A stretch of DNA of 64,000 bases from positions 186,001-250,000 of the forward strand of contig NZ_BAABFP010000007.1 of assembly GCF_039541115.1 (NCBI RefSeq), in the 5' to 3' direction. Both the position numbers and the translations under genes were made by a program. Source of the DNA: Angustibacter luteus (GTDB lineage Bacteria > Actinomycetota > Actinomycetes > Actinomycetales > Angustibacteraceae). The notes under the pieces were generated by a model. The model was not told the origin of the DNA, searched no databases, and saw only the letters and a program-made list of their open reading frames with translations. This document shows, piece after piece, positions 1 to 11,203 of this stretch. How positions within the stretch are numbered: position 1 is the first letter of the stretch; every line of letters starts with the position of its first letter.

Positions 1-891
1 CCCGAACAGCTCGATCCGCGAGCCGTCCGGCTGCTCGAGCCAGGACATGTTCTCGATGACGCCGACGACCTGCTGGTGCGTCTGCAGCGCGATGGCGCCG
101 GCCCGCTCGGCGACCTCGGCGGCGGCCCGCTGCGGCGTGGTCACCACCAGGATCTCGGCGTTGGGGATGAGCTGGGCCACGGAGATGGCGATGTCCCCGG
201 TGCCCGGCGGCAGGTCGAGCAGCAGCACGTCCAGGTCGCCCCAGAACACGTCGCCGAGGAACTGCTGCAGCGCGCGGTGCAGCATGGGCCCGCGCCACAC
301 CACGGGCTGGTTGCCGGGGACGAACATGCCGATCGAGATGACCTTCACGTCGTACGCCAGCGGCGGCAGGATCATGTCGTCGACCTGCGTCGGCTTCTGC
401 GTGACCCCGAGCATGCGGGGCACCGAGAAGCCGTACACGTCCGCGTCCACGACCCCGACGCGCAACCCGTCGGCCGCCATCGCGGCGGCCAGGTTGACGG
501 TGACCGACGACTTGCCGACGCCACCCTTGCCGGAGGCGACGGCGTACACCCGGGTCAGCGAGCCGGGCTGGGCGAACGGGATCTCGCGCTCCGCCTGGCC
601 GCCGCGCAGCTGCTCGCGCAGCCCCTTGCGCTGCTCGTCGGACATCACGTCCAGCACGACCTTCACCTCGCGGACGCCGGGCAGCGGGCTGACCGCGGCC
701 GTGACGTCCCGGGTGATGGTGTCCTTCAGCGGGCAGCCGGAGACGGTGAGGAAGATGCCGACGGTCACCAGGCCGTCGTCGGTCATGACGACGTCCCGCA
801 CCATCCCGAGCTCGGTGATGGGCTTCTTGATCTCCGGGTCGTCGACGCGCGCGAGCGCCTCGAGCACCTGGTCCTGCGTCGGCATGGCCAT
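1..891 (-). CDS. mrp: Mrp/NBP35 family ATP-binding protein (Fe-S cluster carrier), 3' end outside window
   Basis: Minus-strand translation MAMPTQDQVLEALARVDDPEIKKPITELGMV...VASGKGGVGKS...WRGPMLHRAL; TACGAT -10 element 6 nt before ATG (leaderless). Confidence 0.9.
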   Translation of the reverse strand, partial: MAMPTQDQVLEALARVDDPEIKKPITELGMVRDVVMTDDGLVTVGIFLTVSGCPLKDTITRDVTAAVSPLPGVREVKVVLDVMSDEQRKGLREQLRGGQAEREIPFAQPGSLTRVYAVASGKGGVGKSSVTVNLAAAMAADGLRVGVVDADVYGFSVPRMLGVTQKPTQVDDMILPPLAYDVKVISIGMFVPGNQPVVWRGPMLHRALQQFLGDVFWGDLDVLLLDLPPGTGDIAISVAQLIPNAEILVVTTPQRAAAEVAERAGAIALQTHQQVVGVIENMSWLEQPDGSRIELFG

Positions 892-961
892 GCGTCGATC
901 GTAAGCGGGCTGACCAGGGGCGATCGCGCCGGGTGGGGTCGCGCTGCCCTAGGCTGGGCGG

Positions 962-1504
962 GTGGATCCGGGGACCGCGCACGAGCAGAGCGCCGGGGGT
1001 GGAGCAGACGGCGGCGACGCTGGTCGGCCGAGCTCCCGGACGCACCAACCGCGTACGGCCGAGCTGGCCGCCTGGCGCTCGTTCCTGCGCGCGCACGCCT
1101 CGGTGGTGCGCCGGCTGGAGGCCGACCTGCTGCGGGTGCACGGCCTCTCGCTGGGCGTCTACGACGTCCTGGTGCAGCTGGTCGAGGCGCCTGACCGGCG
1201 GCTGCGGATGACCGACCTGGCCGACGCCGTGCTGCTGTCGCGCAGCGGGCTGACCCGCCTGGTGGACCGCATGGTGCGGGACGGCTACGTGCGCCGCGAG
1301 CCCGACCCGGGTGACGCGCGCGGCGTGTGGGCGGTGCTCACCCCGGCCGGGTTCGAGCGGCTGAAGACGGCGTCCGCGACCCACCTGGACGGCGTGGGCC
1401 GCTACGTGGTGGACCGGCTGGAGCCGGACGAGCTGGCGTCCTGGGGGACGGCCTGCTCGAAGATCGCCGGCGACGACCTGCCGGCGCCCCCCGCGCTGAG
1501 CTGA
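962..1504 (+). CDS. MarR family transcriptional regulator
   Basis: YDVLVQL...LRMTDLADAVLLSRSGLTRLVDRM...DARGVWAVLT winged-HTH pattern; TAGGCT at 950-955 just before GTG. Confidence 0.88.
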   Translation: MDPGTAHEQSAGGGADGGDAGRPSSRTHQPRTAELAAWRSFLRAHASVVRRLEADLLRVHGLSLGVYDVLVQLVEAPDRRLRMTDLADAVLLSRSGLTRLVDRMVRDGYVRREPDPGDARGVWAVLTPAGFERLKTASATHLDGVGRYVVDRLEPDELASWGTACSKIAGDDLPAPPALS

Positions 1505-1520
1505 CTCGGACCGACCGGCG

Positions 1521-3563
<2,043 letters not shown>

Positions 3564-3613
3564 GGTCCCTCTATCGGCAGGTCCGCCGTGTGGGTGAAGG
3601 TCTGAGCGCTAGT

Positions 3614-4156
3614 TCACCCTGCGGGACGGTCCCTGGGGCCGTCCGGGTGTCCCGTGCCGTCCCGTTCGTCGAGCTCCTCGAGCAGGGCGCGCAGCTCCGA
3701 GCGGACGAAGTCGCGGGTGGCGACCTCGCGCAGCGCGATGCGCAGCGAGGCGACCTCGCGGGTCAGGTACTCGGTGTCGGCCAGGTTCCGCTCGTCCCGG
3801 GCCCGGTCCTGCTCGCCGAGCACGCGGTCGCGGTCGTCCTGCCGGTTCTGCGCGAGCAGGATGAGCGGCGCGGCGTAGGAGGCCTGCAGCGACAGGATGA
3901 GGGTGAGCAGCGTGTAGTTGAGCGCCTTGGGGTCGAACTGGGCCGTCGTCGGCGCGAAGGTGTTCCAGCCCCACCAGAGCAGCACGAACACCGTCATGTA
4001 GACGAGGAAGCGGGCGGTGCCCATGAACCGGGCGAACCGCTCGGCGAACTTGGCGAAGGCGTCCGGGTCGACCTGCGGCCGGGTGATCAGGGCGCGGCGC
4101 ACCTCGCGCGGCTGGTCCAGCCGGGGCGAGCGGGTCCGGCGGCGCTCACGAGCCAC
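3614..4156 (-). CDS. DUF1003 family membrane protein
   Basis: LILSLQASYAAPLILLAQNRQDDRDR signature; typical neighbour of mrp and mgtE-like genes in Actinobacteria. Confidence 0.85.
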   Translation of the reverse strand: MARERRRTRSPRLDQPREVRRALITRPQVDPDAFAKFAERFARFMGTARFLVYMTVFVLLWWGWNTFAPTTAQFDPKALNYTLLTLILSLQASYAAPLILLAQNRQDDRDRVLGEQDRARDERNLADTEYLTREVASLRIALREVATRDFVRSELRALLEELDERDGTGHPDGPRDRPAG

Positions 4157-5477
4157 GGCGCACCTCCTCGCGCTCGTCGGTCACGGCTGGGCCGTCTGTC
4201 CCGTCCTGCGGCCCGTCGTGCGGGCCGTCGTCCTCGCGCCAGTCGTCGGGCAGCATGTGGTCCAGGACGTCGTCCACGGTGACGGCGCCGAGCAGGTGGC
4301 CGTCCTCGTCCGCGATGGGGGCGCTGACCAGGTTGTACGTGGCCAGGAACCGGGTCAGCGCGCCGAGGGTGGTGTCCGGGGTGAGCGCCCCGATGTCCTT
4401 GTCGATGATGCCGCCGACGGGGGCGTGCGGCGGCTCGCGGAGCATCCGCTGGATGTGCACCAGACCGAGGAAGCGGCCGGTCGGCGTCTCCAGCGGGGGG
4501 CGGCAGACGAACACGCTGGCCGCCAGCGCGGGGCTGATCTCGGCCCGGCGGACGACGGCCAGGGCCTCGGCGATCGTCGCGTCGGGGGCGAGGATGACCG
4601 GCTCGCTGGTCATCAGGCCGCCGGCGGTGTCCTCGTCGTAGGCGAGCAGGCGGCGCAGCGGCGCGGCCTCCTCGGGCTCCATCAGCTGCAGGAGGTGCTC
4701 CGCCGTCTCGGCGGGCAGCTCGGAGAGCAGGTCGGCGGCGTCGTCCGGCTCCATGGCCTCCAGGACGTCGGCGGCGCGCTCGTTGGCGAGCTGGGTGAGG
4801 ATCTGGACCTGGTCGTCCTCGGGCAGCTCCTCCAGGACGTCGGCCAGCTTGTCGTCGTCCAGTGCGGCGGCGACCTCGACCCGTCGCTTGGGTGACAGGT
4901 CGTGGATCACGTCGGCCAGGTCGGCGGCCTTCAGCGACTCGAGGCTGGCGAGCAGGTTGGCGGCGCCCTGGCCGGTGGTGTCCAGGGACAGCCCGACGAC
5001 CTGGTCGGCATCCACCAGGAAGCTCTCGCCACGGCGACGCAGCCGCCCACCGAGGCCGCCCGTCTGGGTGGGACGGCGCACGAACAGCTTGGTGACCACC
5101 CAGTCCCGGGTGCGCTGCTGGCTCATCGCGACGTCCTCGACGACGACCGTGCCGCTGCCGTCGCGCAGCGTCACGGTGCGGTCCAGGAGCTCGGCGAGCA
5201 CGAGCGTCTCGGCCGAGCGCGGCTCGAACCGGCGCATGTTCACGACCCCGGTCATGATCACCTGCCCGGTGTCGACGCTGGTCACCCGGGTCATCGGCAG
5301 GAAGACCCGCCGTCGTCCGGGCACCTCGACGACGAGCCCGACGACCAGCGGGGCCAGCCGTCCGGTGCGGAAGACGACGACGACGTCGCGCGCCCGCCCG
5401 ACCTGGTCGCCGTGGGGGTCGAACACGGCGAGGCCGGACATGCGCGCGATGAAGACCCGCGAAGGTGCGCCGCTCAC
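4146..5477 (-). CDS. MgtE N-terminal/CBS domain protein (PRC-barrel + MgtE_N + CBS)
   Basis: ADVLEAMEPDDAADLL, TAGGLMTSEP, GAVTVDDVLDH; start chosen at GTG 5477 with TAGCCT -10 element upstream. Confidence 0.85.
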   Translation of the reverse strand: MSGAPSRVFIARMSGLAVFDPHGDQVGRARDVVVVFRTGRLAPLVVGLVVEVPGRRRVFLPMTRVTSVDTGQVIMTGVVNMRRFEPRSAETLVLAELLDRTVTLRDGSGTVVVEDVAMSQQRTRDWVVTKLFVRRPTQTGGLGGRLRRRGESFLVDADQVVGLSLDTTGQGAANLLASLESLKAADLADVIHDLSPKRRVEVAAALDDDKLADVLEELPEDDQVQILTQLANERAADVLEAMEPDDAADLLSELPAETAEHLLQLMEPEEAAPLRRLLAYDEDTAGGLMTSEPVILAPDATIAEALAVVRRAEISPALAASVFVCRPPLETPTGRFLGLVHIQRMLREPPHAPVGGIIDKDIGALTPDTTLGALTRFLATYNLVSAPIADEDGHLLGAVTVDDVLDHMLPDDWREDDGPHDGPQDGTDGPAVTDEREEVRRGS

Positions 5478-5511
5478 GCCCGTCAGGCTAGCGCCGCGTA
5501 GGGTGCAGCCG

Positions 5512-6471
5512 GTGGACCCGGTGGCCTTGCTGGACTTCGACGTCGTGGACGTGTTCACCGCCACGCCCTTCGCCGGCAACGCGTTGGCGGTCGTGCACGG
5601 GTCCGCCGGACTCGCCACGAGGCAGCTGCAGGCGATCGCCCGTGAGTTCCACCTGTCGGAGACGGCGTTCCCGACTCCGTTGGGCGACAACCGGTACCGG
5701 CTGCGGATCTTCACGCCGAGCGGCGAGCTGCCGTTCGCCGGCCACCCGTCGGTCGGCGCGGCCTGGGTGCTGCGCGAGCGGGGCGAGCTCGTCGGGACGT
5801 CGGCGCAGCAGGAGTGCCTGGCCGGCACGGTGCGGCTCGAGCTCGGGCCCGCCGGTGGGTCGGGCGGGCCGGTGTGGCTGACCGGAGCGGCGCCGACGCT
5901 GCGCGGCGAGGTCACGGCGGCCGAGCTCGCCCTGGCGCTGGACGCCGTGGGTCTCGCGCCCGACGACCTGGCCGGTCTGCCGTCCCTGGTGGCCGGCACG
6001 GGTCTGGACTTCGGCTACCTGCTGGTGCGGCCGCCGGCGCTGGAGCGGGCGGTGCCCCAGCTGCGTTCCCTCACCGCGGTGCGGCAGGCGCTGTCGCAGC
6101 GGCTGGGGTGCGACGTCGGGGGCGTGAGCGTGGTGGCGTGGCCGCTGGCGGGCCGTCCCGATGCCGGGGCTGCCGCGGTGCCGGTGCGGGTGTTCACCGA
6201 CGACATCGGCGCCGCCGCCGAGGACCCGGCGACCGGCTCGGCGGCGCTCGGCCTGCAGGTCGCGCTGGTGGCGCTGGGGCTGCTGGCGCCGGACGGCGCG
6301 AGCGTCGTCGAGCTGTCCCAGGGCGTACAGCTGAGCCGGCCGTCCACCCTGCGCTGCCGGGTCGAGGCGAGCGGCGGCGTCGCGGTGCGCTGCCACGTCG
6401 GGGGTCAGGTGGTGCCGGTCGCGCGGGGCTCGATCCGGGTGCCGCCGGCCGGCGGGCAGGCGAGCGCATGA
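5512..6471 (+). CDS. PhzF family isomerase/epimerase
   Basis: VDVFTATPFAGNALAVV, SETAF, ELPFAGHP, EDPATGSA motifs; TAGGGT -10 element at 5499-5504 suggests start 5512. Confidence 0.88.
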   Translation: MDPVALLDFDVVDVFTATPFAGNALAVVHGSAGLATRQLQAIAREFHLSETAFPTPLGDNRYRLRIFTPSGELPFAGHPSVGAAWVLRERGELVGTSAQQECLAGTVRLELGPAGGSGGPVWLTGAAPTLRGEVTAAELALALDAVGLAPDDLAGLPSLVAGTGLDFGYLLVRPPALERAVPQLRSLTAVRQALSQRLGCDVGGVSVVAWPLAGRPDAGAAAVPVRVFTDDIGAAAEDPATGSAALGLQVALVALGLLAPDGASVVELSQGVQLSRPSTLRCRVEASGGVAVRCHVGGQVVPVARGSIRVPPAGGQASA

Positions 6472-7256
6472 TCGAGATCCTGAGCCCCACCGAGCTGGCC
6501 CGGGCGCGCGAGACCGGTGCCCTGGTGGGTCACATCCTGCAGACCCTGAAGAGCCGCACCACGGTGGGCACGAACCTCCTGGACCTCGACCGGTGGACCC
6601 AGGCGATGATCACCGAGGCCGGTGCCGTGTCCTGCTACGTCGACTACGAGCCGTCGTTCGGACGCGGGCCCTTCGGCCACTACATCTGCACGTCCGTCAA
6701 CGACGCCGTGCTGCACGGGCTGCCACGCGACTACCAGCTCGCTGACGGGGACCTGCTGACCCTGGACCTCGCTGTCTCCCGACGTGACGTCGCCTCGGAC
6801 GCGGCCATCAGCTTCATCGTGGGCGATTCGCAGCCGTCCGAGAGCGTCGCGCTGATCCGCGCGACCGAACGCGCGCTGGCGGCCGGGATCGGCGCGGCCG
6901 GCCCGGGGGCCCGCATCGGCGACATCTCCCACGCCATCGGCTCGGTCCTCACTGCGGCGGGGTATGCGATCAACACCGAGTTCGGGGGGCACGGCATCGG
7001 GTCGACGATGCACCAGGACCCGCACGTCGCCAACACCGGTCGCCCCGGCCGTGGCTACACCCTGCGCCCCGGCCTCCTGCTCGCGCTGGAGCCGTGGGTG
7101 ATGGTGGACACGGCCTCGCTGGTCACGGACGCCGACGGGTGGACCCTGCGGAGTGCGACGGGCTGCCGCACCGCCCACAGCGAGCACACGATCGCCATCA
7201 CCGACGACGGCGCCGACGTCCTCACCCTGAGCGACCCGGCCTACTCGCCGACCTGA
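6468..7256 (+). CDS. map: Type I methionine aminopeptidase
   Basis: CTSVNDAVLHGLP, TLDLAV, SDAA, GHGIG..MHQDP, LEP, AHSEHT metal ligands; ATGA overlap with PhzF stop. Confidence 0.9.
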   Translation: MIEILSPTELARARETGALVGHILQTLKSRTTVGTNLLDLDRWTQAMITEAGAVSCYVDYEPSFGRGPFGHYICTSVNDAVLHGLPRDYQLADGDLLTLDLAVSRRDVASDAAISFIVGDSQPSESVALIRATERALAAGIGAAGPGARIGDISHAIGSVLTAAGYAINTEFGGHGIGSTMHQDPHVANTGRPGRGYTLRPGLLLALEPWVMVDTASLVTDADGWTLRSATGCRTAHSEHTIAITDDGADVLTLSDPAYSPT

Positions 7257-7780
7257 CCGTCGATGGCCTCCCGGATGAGGTCGGCCTGACCGAGGTGGCG
7301 GGCGTACTCGTCGATCAGGTGGTTCAGCACCCAGCGCACGGAGTGCCGGTGCGGGCGGTGCGCGATGGCGCGGACGTCGTCCAGGTCCGCAGTCGCCAGC
7401 ACGCGCCGGGCCGCCTCGACCTCGGCGGCCCAGACGGCGAAGGTGTGCTCCCCGGTGGCGTCGGCGACGTCGTGGAACTCCTCGTCCGGGTCGTCGGTGC
7501 GGGTGAACAGACGGCCAGGGACGCCGCCGGCCACGACCGCCTGGACGTACCAGCGCTCGACCGCGGCCAGGTGCCGGACGAGCCCCAGCAGGGTCAGCGA
7601 GGACGTTGGGACGGAGCGCTGTCGGAGCTGCTCGTCGCTCAGCCCGGCGCACTTGCGGACCAGGGCGTCGCGCTGGAAGTCCAGGAAGGTCGTCAGCGTG
7701 GTGCGCTCGTCGGCGTCCTCAGCGAGCAGGAACCGCAGGTCGCCGTCGTCGGGTGAGGAGTGCTCCGTCTCGGTGCTCAC
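7241..7780 (-). CDS. DinB family (DUF664-like) protein
   Basis: LTLLGLVRHLAAVERW...HLIDEYARHLGQADLIREAIDG. Confidence 0.88.
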   Translation of the reverse strand: MSTETEHSSPDDGDLRFLLAEDADERTTLTTFLDFQRDALVRKCAGLSDEQLRQRSVPTSSLTLLGLVRHLAAVERWYVQAVVAGGVPGRLFTRTDDPDEEFHDVADATGEHTFAVWAAEVEAARRVLATADLDDVRAIAHRPHRHSVRWVLNHLIDEYARHLGQADLIREAIDGQVGE

Positions 7781-7789
7781 CAGGGCAGG

Positions 7790-8323
7790 CTAGGCGGCGG
7801 GTCCGACAGGCCGCGCGAGGACGAGGTTCAGCAGCGCGGCGGCGGCGAAGAACAGCAGGTAGCCGTCGAGCCAGTGCGCGAGCGAGGCCCCCCAGTAGCC
7901 GGGCCCGCCCCAGGCGTTCGCGGTCCACGACGGTGCCAGCGCGGCGAACACCTGCATGGCCGCCCGGAACGGCTCCCAGAGCAGCACGTACAGCAGGAGG
8001 AGCGTGACCAGGGCCCGGACAGGTGCCAGCAGCGACCAGGGCCTCATCCGCAGGGTGGCGACGACCCGGCGCAGCGCGCGCTGCCGGAAGGGCAGGCTGA
8101 ACGGCTGCGGCCGGTCGCGGCGCCGCGCCACGAAGGCCACCGTCACCGTGGCGACCCCGGCGACCGCGGCCAGCACCCAGTGCACCGCGATGGCGTTGTT
8201 GGCCGGCTCGTTCGGCGGATACGTCGCGGGTGCGTCCTGCCAGGCGAGTAGGCCGGCCAGGAGGCCCAGCACGACCAGCCCGCCGACCAGGGCGAGAGTG
8301 AGACGCGAGTAGGGGTTAGCCAC
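7790..8323 (-). CDS. Hypothetical integral membrane protein
   Basis: Several hydrophobic segments, AWGGPGYWGASLAHWLD motif; overlaps the upstream gene end; start uncertain. Confidence 0.6.
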   Translation of the reverse strand: MANPYSRLTLALVGGLVVLGLLAGLLAWQDAPATYPPNEPANNAIAVHWVLAAVAGVATVTVAFVARRRDRPQPFSLPFRQRALRRVVATLRMRPWSLLAPVRALVTLLLLYVLLWEPFRAAMQVFAALAPSWTANAWGGPGYWGASLAHWLDGYLLFFAAAALLNLVLARPVGPAA

Positions 8324-8882
8324 GCCGCCGGCGCAGCCGCAGCGCCCGCCGGCCCCGCCCGCCGGCATGGAAGGGACGCCAGGTGGACGTCGTCGCCGTA
8401 CTCGGGGCCGGCGCCGCCGCCCCACTCGCGTCGTCGTACCGACCCGGCTGCTCGAGCGCCTGCGAGGTCGGCGTGATCCGGGTGATCCGCGCCCCCGTCG
8501 TGCGCCAGTGCTCGGGCAGGTCAGCCGGCAGGGCGGCCGAGTTCAACCGTCCGGGAGCCAACGCCCCGGCCGCCGCCAGCCACTCCTCGCCGGACGCATC
8601 CAGCACCTCGGCCACCGCAGCCACCGTGACCAACCGAGCCCCGGTGTCCTTGCTGCGCAACACCAGGTCGACGTCGCCGTCCAGCTCGGGCAGCTCCTGC
8701 TCGCCCGGCCCACTCACGACGAGAACCGCGCCCTCGTGCCACTCGTGCCAGACCCCCCAGGCCCGCGACTGCCCACGCGGCCGGACCCAGAGCATGCCGC
8801 CCTTCGACGCCGCCTCAGCCACCAGCGCGCCGACGACGTCCGGCACCACCGCCGCCTCGGCCTGGCCCACGGACTCGCTCAC
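8316..8882 (-). CDS. Conserved actinobacterial hypothetical protein (possible split-barrel fold)
   Basis: VWHEWHEGAVLVVSGPGEQELP...LRSKDTGARL...RLNS; GTG start with GGAAGG-like RBS. Confidence 0.7.
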   Translation of the reverse strand: MSESVGQAEAAVVPDVVGALVAEAASKGGMLWVRPRGQSRAWGVWHEWHEGAVLVVSGPGEQELPELDGDVDLVLRSKDTGARLVTVAAVAEVLDASGEEWLAAAGALAPGRLNSAALPADLPEHWRTTGARITRITPTSQALEQPGRYDDASGAAAPAPSTATTSTWRPFHAGGRGRRALRLRRRRG

Positions 8883-8908
8883 CCGAGCACCTTCCCATAC
8901 GAGACAGA

Positions 8909-8985
8909 GGCGCGGGCGGTGTGGACCGGAGGTCGGCGTCAAACGAGCTTGCGAGAGCCGACCGTAGGTCCGCACCGACCGTGCC
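8909..8985 (+). repeat. Hairpin repeat family A, copy 1
   Basis: Core CGGCGTCAAACGAGCTTGCGAGAGCCG (8934-8960) is identical to 49546-49572 and to the reverse complement of 49237-49263; flanked by complementary arms. Confidence 0.9.
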
Positions 8986-9010
8986 GACCGCTCATGAGAA
9001 GGTCCGGAGC

Positions 9011-9946
9011 GTGGGCGAGGAGGAGCAGGACAGCGCGCGGCTGACGGCTGCCCTGCTCGCCGTCGGGGTCGTGGCGGTGTCGTTCTCGGCGCCGATCGCG
9101 GCGACGACAGCGGCTCCCGCGCTCGCTGTCGCGTTCTGGCGCAACGCGTTTGCGAGTGCGGGCGTCGTACCGTTCGCGCTGATTCGCCGGCGCGCGGAGC
9201 TGCGTCGGCTGTGGCGCGAGGAGCGTCAGGTCGTGCGCACGGCGGTGCTGGCTGGGCTGGCGCTGGCCGCGCACTTCGGCCTGTGGATCCCGAGTCTGCG
9301 GATGACCAGCGTGGCGGCATCGACCGCCTTGGTCACGACGACGCCGCTGTGGACGCTCGGGATCGACTGGGCCCGTGGCAACAAGCCGCGCTCCGGTGTC
9401 CTGGTCGGAGTCGTGATCGCCTTCATGGGCGTCGTCCTCATCACGGGAGTGGATGCAGGCTCGTCGTCGCGGCAGCTGGTGGGCGACGCGCTGGCGTTGG
9501 CCGGCGGCGCCGCGGCTGCCGTGTACACCGTGCTGGGTTCCGCGGTACGGCAGACGGCCAGCACGGCGTCGTACACGGCGATCGCCTACCCGGTCTGCGC
9601 CCTGGTCCTGCTGCCGGTCTGCTTGCTGGGCCACCAGTCGCTGGTCGGCTTCGACGCCCAGACCTGGGCGCAGCTCCTCGCCCTGACGCTGAGCGCGCAG
9701 CTGCTCGGGCACTCGATCCTGAACCGCGCCCTGCGCACCGCCGGGGCGACGACGGTGGCGCTCGCGATCCTGCTCGAGGTGCCCGGTGCCGTGCTGATCG
9801 CCTGGGCCTTCTGGGGGCAGCAGCCGCCGGTGGCCGTGCTGCCGGGGGCGGCCCTGGTGCTGGTCGGTCTGGCGGTCGTGGTGCGATCGCGGACGACCAC
9901 CCGCCGGGTCGAGTCGGCGCTCGAGGTGGGCAACGTCACGGACTGA
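9011..9946 (+). CDS. DMT/EamA family transporter
   Basis: About 10 TM segments, two EamA-like halves, HFGLWIPSLRMTSVA, QLLGHSILN. Confidence 0.88.
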   Translation: MGEEEQDSARLTAALLAVGVVAVSFSAPIAATTAAPALAVAFWRNAFASAGVVPFALIRRRAELRRLWREERQVVRTAVLAGLALAAHFGLWIPSLRMTSVAASTALVTTTPLWTLGIDWARGNKPRSGVLVGVVIAFMGVVLITGVDAGSSSRQLVGDALALAGGAAAAVYTVLGSAVRQTASTASYTAIAYPVCALVLLPVCLLGHQSLVGFDAQTWAQLLALTLSAQLLGHSILNRALRTAGATTVALAILLEVPGAVLIAWAFWGQQPPVAVLPGAALVLVGLAVVVRSRTTTRRVESALEVGNVTD

Positions 9947-10016
9947 GCCACGTGACCGGGCCGGTCGAGCGTGGGTAGCCTCGCCGACGTCCCGCCTTCG
10001 AACCCCAGGAGCCACG

Positions 10017-11018
10017 ATGTCCGCGCCCAACGCGACGCCCGGCACGACCCCCCGCACGGGTCCGCGACCCCTGCGGGCGCGGCGCTCGAACCTGGCGGTC
10101 CCGGGCTCCAACCCGAAGATGATCGAGAAGGCCAAGGGGCTGGCCGCCGACCAGGTCTTCCTGGACCTGGAGGACGCGGTCGCGCCCATCGCGAAGGAGG
10201 GCGCGCGCGCCACCATCGTGGCGGCGCTCACCGAGGGCGGCTGGGGCAACAAGGTCCGCACGGTGCGGGTGAACGACTGGACGACGAAGTGGACGTTCGG
10301 CGACGTCCTCGAGGTCGTCGGCGGCGCCGGTGCCGACCTGGACTGCATCATGCTGCCGAAGGTGCAGACCGCCGAGCAGGTCGTCGCCCTGGACCTGCTG
10401 CTCACCCAGCTGGAGACGGCACACGGCTTCGAGCCCGGCCGGATCGGGATCGAGGCGCAGATCGAGAACGCCCTCGGCCTGACCAACGTGAACGCCATCG
10501 CTGCGGCGTCCCCGCGGGTCGAGGCGATCATCTTCGGGCCGGCGGACTTCATGGCCAGCATCAACATGAAGTCGCTGGTGGTGGGGGAGCAGCCGCCGGG
10601 CTACGACGTGGGCGACGCGTACCACTACATCCTCATGCAGATCCTGATGGCGGCCCGCGCCTACGACAAGCTCGCGATCGACGGGCCGTACCTGCAGATC
10701 CGCGACGTCGAGGGCTTCACTCGGGTCGCGAGCCGTTCTGCCGCACTGGGTTTCGACGGCAAGTGGGTGCTGCACCCGGGGCAGATCGACGCGGCGAACG
10801 AGGTGTACAGCCCGCGTCAGGAGGACTACGACCACGCCGAGAACATCCTGGACGCCTACGCGCACTTCACCTCCGAGGCCGGCGGCGCGCGCGGTGCGGT
10901 CATGCTCGGTGACGAGATGATCGACGAGGCGTCGCGCAAGATGGCGCTGGTCATCTCGGCGAAGGGTCGCGCGGCCGGCATGTCCCGCGGCGACCGCTGG
11001 ACGCCCCCGCAGGACTGA
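10017..11018 (+). CDS. HpcH/HpaI-CitE family CoA ester lyase
   Basis: FLDLEDAVAP, VRVN, LPKV, QIE, FGPADF, GFDGKWVLHPGQ. Confidence 0.9.
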   Translation: MSAPNATPGTTPRTGPRPLRARRSNLAVPGSNPKMIEKAKGLAADQVFLDLEDAVAPIAKEGARATIVAALTEGGWGNKVRTVRVNDWTTKWTFGDVLEVVGGAGADLDCIMLPKVQTAEQVVALDLLLTQLETAHGFEPGRIGIEAQIENALGLTNVNAIAAASPRVEAIIFGPADFMASINMKSLVVGEQPPGYDVGDAYHYILMQILMAARAYDKLAIDGPYLQIRDVEGFTRVASRSAALGFDGKWVLHPGQIDAANEVYSPRQEDYDHAENILDAYAHFTSEAGGARGAVMLGDEMIDEASRKMALVISAKGRAAGMSRGDRWTPPQD

Positions 11019-11040
11019 CCTGTCCCCAGATCGCCCTGCC

Positions 11041-11102
11041 GCCGAGACCAGAGACGTGGGGCACCTGAGCATCCCTGGGTGCCCCGGTTCCCTGGTCTCG
11101 AC
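11041..11102. repeat. Palindromic REP-like repeat family B, copy 1
   Basis: GCCGAGACCAGAGACGTGGGGCACC...GGTGCCCCGGTTCCCTGGTCTCG imperfect inverted repeat that aligns with 58721-58782. Confidence 0.7.
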
Positions 11103-11203
11103 GTGGTCGCCGCCACAGGTGGCGCTGGTCACAGCGGCGGCCGGACCGACGCCCGGCCCGCCATACTCACCGGTAGCCACCCCGACGACGAGGAGCGACA
11201 GCG

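Noticed and set aside
5512..6471. Phenazine biosynthesis cluster
   Set aside because: Only a lone PhzF-family gene; no phzA/B/D/E/G.
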